In this document: positions 1-12,343 of the stretch, piece by piece
How the letters are laid out: every line of letters starts with the position of its first letter
How positions within the stretch are numbered: position 1 is the first letter of the stretch
Assembly (NCBI GenBank): GCA_963575745.1
Contig: CAUYUJ010000148.1
Span: forward strand, 1 to 64,000
Source of the DNA: Prorocentrum cordatum
Lineage: Eukaryota
Direction of reading: 5' to 3'
Length of the DNA: 64,000 nucleotides
Translations under genes and position numbers: made by a program
Notes under the pieces: model-generated
The model's input: only the letters and a program-made list of their open reading frames with translations
What the model was told of the DNA's origin: nothing
Database searches by the model: none

Positions 1-261
<261 letters not shown>

Positions 262-570
262 ACCGCTGGGGCGTTCTCTTTTTTTCACGGGGGTCCCCCC
301 CGTCGCGCGCTGGCAGGCAAATGCGACGACGACGACGACGGCGACGACGCTGACGGCGACGAGGGCGACCGAAGACCAACGACCAACGACGAGGAGGATG
401 GGACACTACAAGCGTCGGGCGGGTCGGTCTGACAGGGCATTAAAGCGGTCGGGTCGGTCGGTCGATCAGCACTCTGAGGCGGGCGGGTCGACTGGGTGGG
501 CGGCTATGGGAGGGGCGGGCGTGCAGGATCTGGGCGGCTTCATGACGGGCGGGCGGGCAGGATCTTGAAT

Positions 571-630
571 GTAAGCTTCGCTCGTTGAAAGTAAGCTTCG
601 CCCGCTGAACGTGAGCTTCGCTCGTTGATC
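571..630. repeat. 3 x 20-bp tandem repeat (GTAAGCTTCGCTCGTTGAAA-like)
   Basis: gtaagcttcgctcgttgaaa / gtaagcttcgcccgctgaac / gtgagcttcgctcgttgatc. Confidence 0.85.
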
Positions 631-1765
631 GCGAGGGTGGTGGACAACACATAAAAAAGAAACCCAATAGAAACGACGACAACGACGACGACGAGTATGG
701 GCGCATCATTCACGCAGGTGGGCTGGACATGAAATGGAAATCTCGCACACGTTGATGCGACAAGTCTGCGGACAGCTTAACTAGGGCAGCGACAGAGAAT
801 ACATGTATAAAGCGGGGGGGGGGCTGGACATGAAATGAAAGCCTTGCTCCTCGATGCGACAATGCTGGGCAGTAGACTAGGGAAGCAACACAGAAACAAA
901 AAACGACAACGATGACGACGGGTGTGTGGTTCAAGCTGGCGAGTTGGCGGGACACGAAACTGACACCTCGCTCGCTGATGTGCCGAGCTTCCTCGTCGTC
1001 GTCGGCATCGTCGTCGCAGCGGTCGTCCACAAGGGGTACATATCCCGACTTCCGGGGGCAGGCTCGACCCTCCGGCACCCTCCCACGTCCCCTCTGAAAA
1101 GCGCTCACGGACGCCGCTCCTTCGAACGACGTGTGGTCGATTTCCCTCTCGTTCTGGGTCCGAGGCCGCAGAATGCCGGGCGGAATCAGTGGATCGAATG
1201 GAGCTCGGTTGGCCTACAAAGAAATCAGACAGCGTCCAAATCCGGTGAAAGAGGGACAGAAGAGGTCCAAGTGGCGTGTTGGGGCCCTTAGGGGTGCTGG
1301 GCTGCTCTGTCATTATGTGTTTTGTGTGTGCAGGTCGGGGGGATCAGCCGTAAAGTCCCAGTGAGACTACATAGGAACTACAGTCATATCATGCTTCTCG
1401 TCTCTCTGTGTTCCACTCTGGATGCCAACCGTTGCTCGTAGATCGATCGAATCCCTTGAATAGCTTGACGGGTTGAGTCGATTCCCATCCCTGGATCAGC
1501 GGAATCGCCGTTTGGGTGCGTCCAGCGCGACTGGATCAGGGGGATGCGCGGTAGAATGCAAGGACGTTGGACGCTCAAATTGGATCACCCTTATGATGCC
1601 GTTTGGCTGCAATCGAGTTGATCGGCACCACGCGCCAGCATCGGAACGCGTCATCGAACCAGTTCGAATCCTCGGCAACCCTGCCTCCAACGCAGTCGGG
1701 CTGCCTCCGAACCCCCAGGAGATGGGAGGAGGAGGAGGAGAAGGAGGAGGAGGGGAAGGAGGAGG

Positions 1766-3527
1766 ATGAGTTCAAGAACACTCGAGTTTTTGATGTGCGC
1801 CGACCCTACCCTGGACCCGACCTACCAAGCCAACCTCCTCCCCCTCCAGTCCTGGGTGCAGGCGTGGCGCGAGAGTTGGTTACCCAGGAGCCGCATGAAG
1901 AACCTCTTCGAGCAGGCCCAGAAGGGTCCGGTTGATGATTGGAATCGCATTCGGGACCCTGGAGGAGCTGTATGGTGCACCCTTGGGCGACTTGGGTGGT
2001 CAGGTCAGCATTGTTGAGTGGCACGACCCCATTGGCACTCTCTACGATTTCGGGTACCTCGGTGAGAATTCTCTGAAGACATCGGTCAATGTGGTCTCCA
2101 AGAAGGCCGTGATCAAGAGCCTCGAGGGCACTCACTTTCATGGCAGTATCCTGCAGGGACCCCCTAGACTGGAGCTCATGGTGGATGTCTTGAGGCTGCT
2201 CAGAGGACGTAGTCAGGCTGCCGAAGCGGCCTACCTTTCTGGACGTGTCTCCGGAGGTCTCCCGACGCAGAGCAGGCTTTTCATGGACCTTCGCACGCGG
2301 CCTGCCCGAAGTGCAAGCTCCGCGGCGAGCTCGGCAGGCCCTGGCACAGGGTTGTGGGCTGCCCTGCGACATGGTGGGCTCGACGCGAACTGGACGTGTC
2401 CGAGGCCCTCGCCGACGTCGAAAAGGCTGCGCCACATGATATGGGTACCGTCAGCTGTCTTGCCCCCAGACTGGCTTTTGAGGCACCTCCCCCCGTATGG
2501 ACTGTTCTCAAGATTGGAGCGTCTCACCCCCACATGGGGTCTTCAGTGGGAGTGTTGCTATAGATGGCTCGGCCTTTTCCACTGGAGACATCTCGCTTGA
2601 AAGGGCAGGCTGGGGCGTGGTCCAAGTGGACCGCCACGGGGGCTTGGATGGCGCCCTGTACGGTCCCCTGCCCCACCCTGTCCAGCAGGCGGGGTGTGCC
2701 GAAGTGTATGCGCATTTGATGCCTGTGAAAAACGTGGGGGTGGAACCCGTCCATGTCCTGTGCGATTGTAGGATGGGTGTTGATAGTTGGGAGGCTGGGC
2801 CCCATCAGTCTCTGGATAATGCAGCTTGTGCAGAGTTGTGGCGAGATCCTTTTGCCGACATTGCGAAGATATCACTGCGCCGATCACTGTTGAGAAAATT
2901 CGGAGCCATCAATCGTGGGCCTGAGCTGCTGCCCAAGCTTGTGCGCGGTGGGCCCGGAGAGGCAACCGCGAGGCCGACAGACCTGCGAAGGTAAGAACCA
3001 GGATGCACAGTATGCCCCTGAAGCTCATCGATGAACTCTGTGCCCTCGACTTCCAGGCTCGCGGCGGTACAGGATGGGTCGCGGGAGTCGGGGAAGCGTT
3101 CTCCAGGCTGAATTTCAATGATGCTAATAAGTTCCGAGCCAAGAGGCTCACGGCGCCAGCTGTACTCGAGTGAGTGTCAGAAGCGAACTGCCACGATTTA
3201 GTGCGAGTGGGCAAGAGAACCGCTTATATCAAGTGTGGAATTCGTGACTGGTCGAGAAGCGCGGTGACAGCGTTTCCGTGTACTGGTTTCCCCAGGCATG
3301 TTCGATTGGCGCCCCCCTCCCATCGACTTTGGAGTGGTGCGGGTGGTCGAGTGTGGTGCAGTGTCTGTGTGGCGTTCGGCATAACCAAGGTGTTCCTCCT
3401 TGCAAAGCCCTGTAATAACGGTCCTGGCAACAAGGCTGCCTGCCATACCCAGAGTCTCCTGAAGAGCGGGATCGGCCCCTCATCGGGTGCGGATTTTGGC
3501 AGGCCCTTCCCGTTCAAAAGAGAGTGA
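1766..3527 (+). mobile_element. Degenerate non-LTR retrotransposon, 3' part: post-RT region, CCHC zinc knuckle, RNase H, C-terminal Cys/His region
   Basis: Frameshifted frames give WNRIRDPGGAVWCTLGRLGW, CPKC...WHRVVGCP (about 2304-2365), and RNase HI motifs IDGSA...RAGWGVV...LYGPLP...AEVYA...LCDC followed by KIRSH...GNREADRPAK (about 2560-2990). Multiple frameshifts and stops. Confidence 0.8.
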
Positions 3528-3621
3528 TCCCTGGTTGGTGCCGTACGTTATTGGTTACCTCCATTTTTGCTGCAGGTGTTGCAGTAGCAGGGTCTGGTGT
3601 GCCAAGGACCGAGAGGACCTG

Positions 3622-3770
3622 GAGGGGGAGGAGGAGGAGGAGGAGGAGGAGGAGGAGGAGGAGGAGGAGAAGGAGGAGTAGGAGGAGGAGGAGGAGGAGG
3701 AGCAGCAGCAGCAGTGGCAACAGGAGGGGGAGAGAAAGAGATAGAGAGAGAGAGAGAGCGAGAGGATGAG
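3622..3770. repeat. (GAG)n / (CAG)n / (GA)n microsatellite
   Basis: Direct reading. Confidence 0.9.
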
Positions 3771-6700
3771 TAGGTCTGGTTACGCAGGACAGCCCCGAGG
3801 GGAAGCGCCTCGCAAGTCTGAAACGTTACAGGGCGGGAGTGGGGCCCACCAGAGGGGGACTTCTTGCCACCCCGGCAGAGGATGCGGAGCCCGCCAGGGG
3901 CCCTGCCCCCCAAGAGCCACCAGGCTCCCTCGGCCCTGGACTCCGAGGAGCCACACCCTCTCGAGGAGCGCCGCCAGTCTCTGCAAGAGGAGGGGGGAGG
4001 GGGAGGACGAGGAGGGGGAGGGGGTCACGCTAGGCGCGCTCGCTCGCGTCATACCTGACGTCCTACCCTTCCCTCCCATTTCTACCGTGGCGTAGATTCC
4101 CCCTCTGTTCGCACAGCTTGATATCGAAGCGTGGCGTAGCATTACATGGCATAGCATATTGTTTAAGATCAGCGCGTAGCACGACACAGCATGGCGTGGC
4201 GACTCCCGCGAGTGGGGGGGGTGCAGGGGGTGGAGGAGGAGAGAGATGACCGATCCTGAAACGCCACCCTGGGACCCTGGGACTGCACTGAAGCTTGGAA
4301 GCGGCTGGGGGGTCTGCGCTGAAGGCCCCGATGACGGGGCACAAGGACACACCAAACATATACACACAAAAATACAAATATTCCCAATAGTTGTCCACAT
4401 TTTCTGGGTTTTTGTCTTTCCCCCCACTTCCTATATTTTCCCATATTTCTAGGGATCGACGGTTAATTGTGCCTGTGTTTTCACCCTCCTAAAAGGCCCC
4501 GAGAGAATAGGCCAAGAGGGGGGGGCGAAGGCAAATGTGCTCAAAATCAGACCCCGGACCCCTCCCGGGGACCGAAGCTGATCAGTTGTTCGAGCCACGT
4601 CCAGCCGCGGCGATCAAGGGCACCTTTCTCCCACTCGTTACCGCTGGTCAGAACAGGTACTCGGCCACACCGTTCGGTGGCAACTCATGGGATCCTCCCG
4701 TGCCATCTTGCTGGCACTTGCGAATCGACGTTAACTGGCACCAGTCGCAACCAATCAAAACTATCGATGATGATCGGCGCTGAATCGACGCTGGATCGGC
4801 GCTTTGCTAGCGCAGGCTAATGCACTCTAGATGCAATGTCGAGGAGAAAAACACAAAACTCCCGCGATGTGCTACTGTGCTCAAAAGAAAAAACAATCAA
4901 AGAAATGCCCGGACAACACCCGTGACAACTCAAACAACGCGTGCTGATTAATGATGACAGCATGGTCTGCCCGGGACAACCCCTCGGACAACCCATCCTT
5001 GGACAAACCTTCTCGGGATTTCTTCCATAATCGGGAGCGGCCAAGAGGGGGTGGTCCAAGAGGGGGGGTGCAAATCATGACCGGCGGCATGTGCGCGGCC
5101 CAGCGGGGGGGCCATGAGAAGAGGCGCCTTGAAATCTGGGGAAATATCATGGCCCACGCCATGAAATCCCCCGTCCCTAGCCATCACCCCCCTCTTTGCC
5201 GCCCCCGAAGATGGCGTCGCGATTTTCTCAGCTGGCCAGAGCCCGTGCTGGGCAACCTCGGCCCCCCAAGCCGGTTCCAGACTGGAGCTGGCCTGCCCCC
5301 TCCGGATGGGTTGGCGCTGCAACGATTGCGTGCAACACCGATCTCCGAAGTTCACGCTACCCCTGTGAGGCGATCCCCCCCCGGGCGATGGCCCCTTCCT
5401 TGCACGATATCCCCTTGCGAGGGGCTGGTCGGTGCACGCTATCCTCGGCGGTGGACAAACCTCCCTTCAGTAAACCTCCCCTTAATGAAAACGACCTAGG
5501 GTCGAAATCGACGGACCTGGACCCGCAAAAATGACGGCCGCGACGCCCTCTCGCGAACCGAAAACGGCCAATTCCTTAATCGACGTGTCAGGGTAATTAG
5601 GAGGTCTGTCCCCCTCCGAGATCCCCCTGCCATAATACCCCCCCTGTGTACGCTAGCCGCAGGCCCGAGAGAGCGCAGAGAGCTGGAGACGGCGCGCGAC
5701 CAGCACGCCGGGGAGCAGGAACGTGCTGCTCACTTCGAGCATCCGCTCGACCCGCGGAGAAGCCGCGGGCGCTTGCAGGGACTCCCCCTGAGCTCCCCCC
5801 ATGCATTGGCCCGCGGCAGCGGCCTACGATCCGCGCGAGGGGCGTACCAAACTGGGCGAAGGGCTTTCGGGCCTCCGGGGTGTCTTTCGGACCATCCCCC
5901 TCTACCTCCCCTGCCCTCCCCGACCTTGCTAAGAAGCTGTTCTTCTTCAGACACTAGCAGAAGTTGACTTGCACGCCCTCCAGTGCTATCGCTTGGTCGT
6001 CTTGTCAACGATTACCCCTCCCCCCTCACTCCCCCTCCCCCCCCTCTCCGCCACCTGTTCAAGCAGCGCTGGGCCGAAGTTTCGTGCGAGTGAGTCCTGC
6101 CTTGCGTGAAGGTGTCAGAGTTCCTTTCTGACCTTACGATGCCACTCCGCGCCCCCTCCATGCATGTTTAACTTGCCAGAATCTGAAGGACAACTCCCCA
6201 AGACTTCGGGCTGGGCACAGGCAGCCCTCCAAGGAGTAGTCTCCTGGCTGGCTTCAACAGCCCCCCCCGAGGAATCGAGAGAGGCTTCAACACCCTGGCG
6301 CCGCCTCTGGCGGCGCTCCGTGCTCCAGGCTGGAGGTGCTGAGACTGGCCCAGACTCCTCGAGGGGCCTGCTGAGGCCAGCCAGGACTACCTGAGGAGCT
6401 GTCCGTGCCCAACTCCAGGTCTTCTCACTCGCCCCTTTACCCCTCTGCCCGTCCCCTGCTCCCCCTCCCCCCCTTTCACCTCCCCCCCCCTGCGGCAAGC
6501 TCAATCGGCGTCGAATCGGGAAGCTCGAATATCGAAATGCGCGTCGGATCGGGGCGCGTCGGCACCATAGTCGAAACCGAGCAGGATCGGCTGCGCCAGG
6601 ACGCACAACAGCAGATATCGGGCCGATCCTCACACATTGAAATCGAATCGCGTGGAGCCAGTCGGAACCGATATTGAAGTTAAAACGATCGGGTCGATCA

Positions 6701-7092
6701 CGCAGATCGCAACTGAACCCGGGAGCGTGCTGATCAGCTCATGCAGCTTGTTCTCCTGGAGGCACCTGTGCATTGAGACAAGCGCCCAGCGGCGGGGCCG
6801 TGCCTAGCTGCATGGAGCAGACTTCCCACCTCACACTGTTCCTGGTCCCCCCCTTCGCCCGCCCCGAGATGAGGGAGAGGGGACTCGCATGGATTCACTG
6901 GCCCTCACGGAAGCGGGTCCTGACCCCAGGGCTTTCCGCTCCGCAAGACCAGCTCTTCTTTCTGAGCGTTTTCTCATTCGGCGTTACGGCATTAGGCGGA
7001 ACTGGGGCAGGGGGAGGGGGGGGTCTGGCTCCAGACCTCTGCTTAGCGCGACGGTTTGAGACAAGTGCGGGGGGGTCCGACGACCCCCTCCT

Positions 7093-7749
7093 GAAACCTT
7101 CCTGAGGAAGGTTGTTTTGTACGGTTTTGGGAAGGTTTTCCCGGGGGGGGGAGCGAGGAAGGTTTTAGGAAGGTTTTCCAAAAACCTTCAAAACACAACC
7201 TTCCAACAACCATTCTACAAACCTCCCAAACACCTTTTCAAAGCAAACTTCCAAAAACCTTCCTAACACCAGCATTTAGCAAAGCTGCCCAACACATTCC
7301 AAAAACATTCCAAAAACCTTCCAATAACCGTTCAACAAAAAACCTCCCAAACAAACCTTGAAACAAACCTGCCAAAAAACATCAAAACAACCATCCAAAA
7401 ACCTTCCAAAAACCTTCCAACAAAACCTTCCCAAAACCTTCCTAAAACCTTCCTCAGGAAGGTTCCAGAGGGGGTTGACGCAAAAACCTTCCAAAAACCT
7501 TCCTGAGGAAGGTTTTAGGAAGTTGTTTTGTGTTGGAAGGTTCCAGGAATCCTTGAACCTTCCTGAGGAAGGCGGTAAGAAGGTTTTCCCAAAAAACCTA
7601 CCAAACACATTCCAACAACCTGCCACACACCGTCCTAAAACCTTCCAGCATTTAGCGAAGCCGCCCAATACATTCCAACAACCTTCCAACAAACCTTCAA
7701 CACACCTTTTCCAAACCTTCCAAAAACCTCGTTTATTGTTCTGTGTATG

Positions 7750-7793
<44 letters not shown>

Positions 7794-8640
7794 AAGAGAG
7801 AGAGAGAGAGAGAAAAAAAAAGCGTCCAAACACCTGTCAAAAACATACCTTCCAGAAGCCTTCCAAAGAACCGTCCAAAAACCTTCCTAAAACCTTCCTC
7901 AGGAAGGTTCCAGGATGGTTGACGCAAACACCTACCAAAAACCTTCCTAAGGAAGGTGTTAGGAAGGTTGTTTGGAAGGTTGTTTGGAAGGTTCCAGGAA
8001 TCATGGAATCTTACCGAGGAAGGTTTTAGGACAAATTTAAGAAGGTTTCTCCAAAAACCTTAGAAAAACCTTTCAAAACAAGAACGTCCAAAAACCTGCC
8101 AACACAACCTTCCAAACACCTTCCTGAAACCTTCCTGAATTTACCGGAACCGCCCAATACATCCCAGAAAACTTCCAAACACCGTCCAAAACACCTTCCA
8201 AAAGCTTTTCAAACACCTTCCAAAAACCTTCAGAAAAGTAAAACAAATCAAAAACCGGCCAAACACCTTCAAACAAACACCACAAAACCATTCCAACAAC
8301 TGTGCTAAAAACCTTCCAAAAACCTTCCTGAAACCTCCCAAACAAAACCTTCAAAAAAACCTTCAAACAAAACCCTCCCAAACAAACCGTCCAACAAAAA
8401 CCTCCCAAACAAACCTTCAAAAAACCAGCCAAAAACCATCCAAAAAACCTTCCAAAAACCTTCCAAAAACCTTCCAACAAAACCTTCCAAAAACCTTCCT
8501 GAAACCTTCCTCGGGGAGTTTCCAGGAGGGGTTGGCCCAAAAACCATCCAAAAACCTTCCGGAGGAAAGTTTCAGGAAGGTTTTTTGGAAGGTTCCAGGA
8601 ATCCGGGGACCTTCCTGAGGAAGGTTTTAGGGAGGTTTTT
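7093..8640. repeat. AAAACCTTCC-based degenerate satellite with embedded palindromes AACCTTCCTNAGGAAGGTT
   Basis: Dozens of aaaaccttcc units. Palindromic cores (some imperfect) near 7095, 7446, 7496, 7556, 7891, 7940, 8553 and 8608. (TA)n(GA)n tract at about 7750-7812. Confidence 0.9.
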
Positions 8641-10058
8641 CCCAACCATCCTGTGGTGTTGGGTCCTCGTTTTGAAGAGACGGTCCCCGCGTTCCTTTCC
8701 TCTTCTCCTCCTCTTCCCCCTCCTCCTCTCCGCCGCCCGCGTGCGCTCCACACGCCCATTTCGGCACATCCCTCACACGTTTCGCGGCCCCATAGGGGGA
8801 GCTCCACCGAAGGCCCCAGTGGGACCGCCCGCATGCGTCCCCCACACCCAACTTGGCATTGTCACCTACCCAGTACAGCGCTCCGTGGCCCCATAGGGAG
8901 CTCCACCGAAGCCCCCAGTGGGACCGCCAGCATGCGCCCCCCACGCCCAATGTGTCATTTTCACCCACCCAATACAGCGCTTCGTGGCCCCATAGGGAGC
9001 TCCACCGAAGCTCTCAGTGGTAGCGCCCACATGCGCCCCCCACATCCAATTTGGCATTTTCACCCACCCAGTACAGCGCTTCGTGGCAAAATAGGGAGCC
9101 CCACCGAAGCCCCCAGTGGGACCGCCCGCATGCGTCCCCCACACCCAACTTGGCATTGTCACCCACCCATCATAGCGCTTCGTGGCACCATAGGGAGCTC
9201 CACCGAAGCCCCCAATGGGACAGCCCGCGTGCGTCCACCACACCCAACTTGGCATTGTCACCCACCCAGCACATCGCTTCGTGGCCCCATAGGGAGCTCC
9301 ACCGAATCCCCCAGTGGGACCGCCCGCATGCGTCCCCCACGCTCAATTTGGCACTTTCACCCACCCAGTACAACGCTTCGTGACCCCATCGGGAGCTCCA
9401 CCGAAGCCCCCAGTGGTACCGCCCACATGCGCCCCCCACATCCAATTTGGCAGTTTCACCCACCGAATACACAGCTTTGTGGCCCAATAGGAAGCCCCAC
9501 CGAAGCCCCCAGTGGGACCGCCCGCATGCATCCCCCACACCCAACTTGGCATTGTCACCCACACAGCACAGCGTTTCGTGGCCCCATAGGGAGCTCCACC
9601 GAAGCCCCCAATGGGACAGCCCGCGTGCGTCCCCCACACCCAACTTGGCATTGTCACCCACCCAGCACAGCGCTTCGTGGCCCCATAGGGAGCTCCACCG
9701 AAGCTCCCAGTGGGACCGCCTGATGCGTCCCCCACGTTCAATTTTAGCATTTTCACCCATCCAGCACAGCGCTTCGTGACCACATAGGGGGAGCTCCACC
9801 GAAGCCCCCACATCCAATTTGGCATTTTCACCTACCCAGTACAGCGTTTCGTGGCAAAATAGGGAGCCCCACCGAAGCCCCCAGTAGGACCGCCCGCATG
9901 CGTCCCCCACACCCAATCTGGCATGCTCACCCACCCAGCACAGCGCTTCGTGGCCCCATGGGGGGCCCCACCGAAGCCCCCGATGTGACCGCCCGCATGC
10001 GTCCACCATGCCCAATTTGGCATTTTCACCCGCCCAGTACAACGCTTCGTGGCCCTGT
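8641..10058 (+). mobile_element. Non-autonomous element: hairpin head (cccaaccatcctgtggtgttggg...ttttgaagagacggtc), CT-rich linker, 99-bp minisatellite
   Basis: The head follows a T run and is homologous to heads at 26690-26743(-), 36632 and 38318. The 3' end was not found. Confidence 0.6.
8765..10058. repeat. 99-bp minisatellite, about 13 copies
   Basis: cacccaccc recurs at 9061 and 9160. This gives the spurious 33-aa repeat in ORF 8653..9723. Confidence 0.95.
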
Positions 10059-10485
10059 AGGGAGACACCTCGCAGCCTGCCTAAGACAGGAGGTTCTGCT
10101 GGGGTCTCGACGGTGCGATGTGTCATGGCGCCGCCTCGAAACGGGGCGATGAGGGGGGGGCGCGGGGGGGGACCGGGGTGGTGGAAGGCAGGATGGGCGA
10201 GGGAAGGGACAACTCAGACCTCCGACATCGTGATGCTATCACGACGTGGGTCCCACGGGGTCTGGCAACCTAAAGGGGCCCTGGCACTTCATCCCGAGCC
10301 GTTCGCTGGCGGTCCCTGGGCGTGGCCCAAGGTCCCCGTGGGGCCGATGATTGCCGGAAGCCGAGGGAGCAACACGAGCTGCTCCACGGACCTCTCCTGA
10401 GGGGGGCGTCCTGGCCATGATCTCGAGGCGAATCCAGCCGCGGCGACGAGGGAGGGGCAACGGTATCGGTATCCAAGGGCTCCCA

Positions 10486-10518
10486 ACTTCGCGCTTCGCG
10501 CTGCGCGAAGCGCGAAGT
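10486..10518. repeat. 33-bp palindrome acttcgcgcttcgcgc-t-gcgcgaagcgcgaagt
   Basis: The 16-bp arms are exact reverse complements. A related motif lies at about 14878-14905. Confidence 0.85.
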
Positions 10519-11918
10519 GCGAATAACTTCGCGCTCTCGCGCCGCCTCCCAGGGAAAAAGAGGAAGATGAGGGGGGGTCGGAGCCGAATCGCGAAGCGCA
10601 AACCGCGAAACGCGAATAACCTCGCGCCCTCGAGGGCGCCCTTGGTATCCCTCCCTCCTCTGAAGACCCTCCCGTCGTGTTCTTCTGCGGCGCGGGGGGG
10701 GGGCCTGGGAAGGCCGAGGGGGGCCAAGATGGCCGGGCGGCGGGCGGCGTCGGCCCCTCGCGGCATCTCCTCGAGCCGCCGTGGGCGCGCCACGGCGAGG
10801 TCGGCAAGGTGCGCGTCGGCGTCGGCATCGGCCTGTCCAGGTGGTCGACAGGGGGGGGGGGAGGCAGGGAGAGCAGCGGCCCGGGGTGGCCTCCAATGCG
10901 GCCAGGCAGCCTCCCCGGAAGGAGCAGGAGAGAGGAGGCCGCCCAACCTTCTGCGGCAACTCGTGGGAGCCTACCATACCATCTTGTTGCATCTTGCGAA
11001 TCGATGATGGTCGACGCCAATCGACGCTAAATCGGCGCTAGTCAGCGCAAACCGACGCTAATCGGCGCTAATCGAAGCTAACTTGCGCTAAGCGGCTCTA
11101 GTAGACGCTAAGTCGGCGCTTTCTCATCGACCACCAGTCGCTGGCGCACGCCGATGCACTCCCAACGACGGGATTCCCCAATTACCGCGAAAGGCACGCG
11201 GAACGAGGGGAGGGGGGGAGGAGAGAGGCCACGCGGGGAGGAGAAGATCGGGCTCCTCCTCGAGGGCCTCCCTCCCCCGGCCGATCCTCCCTCTCCCGGG
11301 CCCGGGGCCAGCACTTCGGCCTCCGCGGGGCCGTGCAAGGGCGGGGAGTGGAAGCCAGGAAGAGCGAGGCGGAGCGATCCTCGAACGCCCCCCTCCAGTG
11401 GAGGGGGGGCGACCGAGGAGCGCTCCTTCTCCCGCGGAGGGGGGCTGCTCCACTGCGGTCGCACACGTGGGTGGAGGACCTCCAGCCGCGTGTGACCGCA
11501 ATGGCGCACCCCCCCTTGACCCCCTCCCTCCATAGACCCCTCAGCTGACTCCTCAACTGAGGCATTCATCATCAATCCCCCTTATGTGAACTCCCTCCTC
11601 CTCCTCCTCCTCCTCCTCCTCTCGTCCCTCCTTTGTGCTATGGCGTTGCTGCCCTTCATTCCCCCTCTGGTCCCTGGAGGCATTCCCATGCACAGCAAAA
11701 GCATTTTTATGTGGGGGGATCCCCGACCCGTTGTTCCTGCCTTGCTCGCTGCTTCGCCTGCCCACGCCACCCAGGAGTGAGGAATACAGTCATCGTGCTA
11801 CTACAAGGAACACATAATCAGGAAGGAAGGGGCTTTTCTGGCCACGGAGGGCATAGACCACAAACAGGCTCAACTACGTAAATCGGAAGAACAGCCTGAG
11901 CCCAAAACGGTCCTGATG

Positions 11919-12343
11919 TCCCGCCTGAGCCCAAAACTACGAGGCCAATGTTTATACACCATCACCGCCCGCAACAGTAGTTTATCGCAAAAGGGGTTAG
12001 GGGCAGGGTCATGCCAGACGACGCTGCGACGCCACGGCGACAAGGAGCGCGGCGCAGCTCGCAGGCGACATCGCATGGGAGTTCCTGAAGCAGGAACAGC
12101 ACTTCTTGGTGGTGGTGGTGGCGGTGTATGATAATCGCTCCACTTGGTAACCAAAATTGTATACACAACCACCGCGCGTGCTTTGATGAATTCTGTTTCG
12201 GTACTTCAGAGAGAGAGAGCGCAGCCCGGTTGCCGCTGGCGGGGGGAGGGGGACTGCCGGCTTTTCACCAGAGCAAAACTGCACCAAATCGCATCGTAGA
12301 TGATTCTCGATCTTGGTGGTGGTAGTCATATACGGTGCTCGGA
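11919..12343. mobile_element. About 400-bp dispersed SINE/MITE-like element, copy 1
   Basis: Colinear with 16118-16480. Flanked by the 16-bp direct repeat caaaacggtcctgatg (11903-11918 and 12344-12359). Confidence 0.8.
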
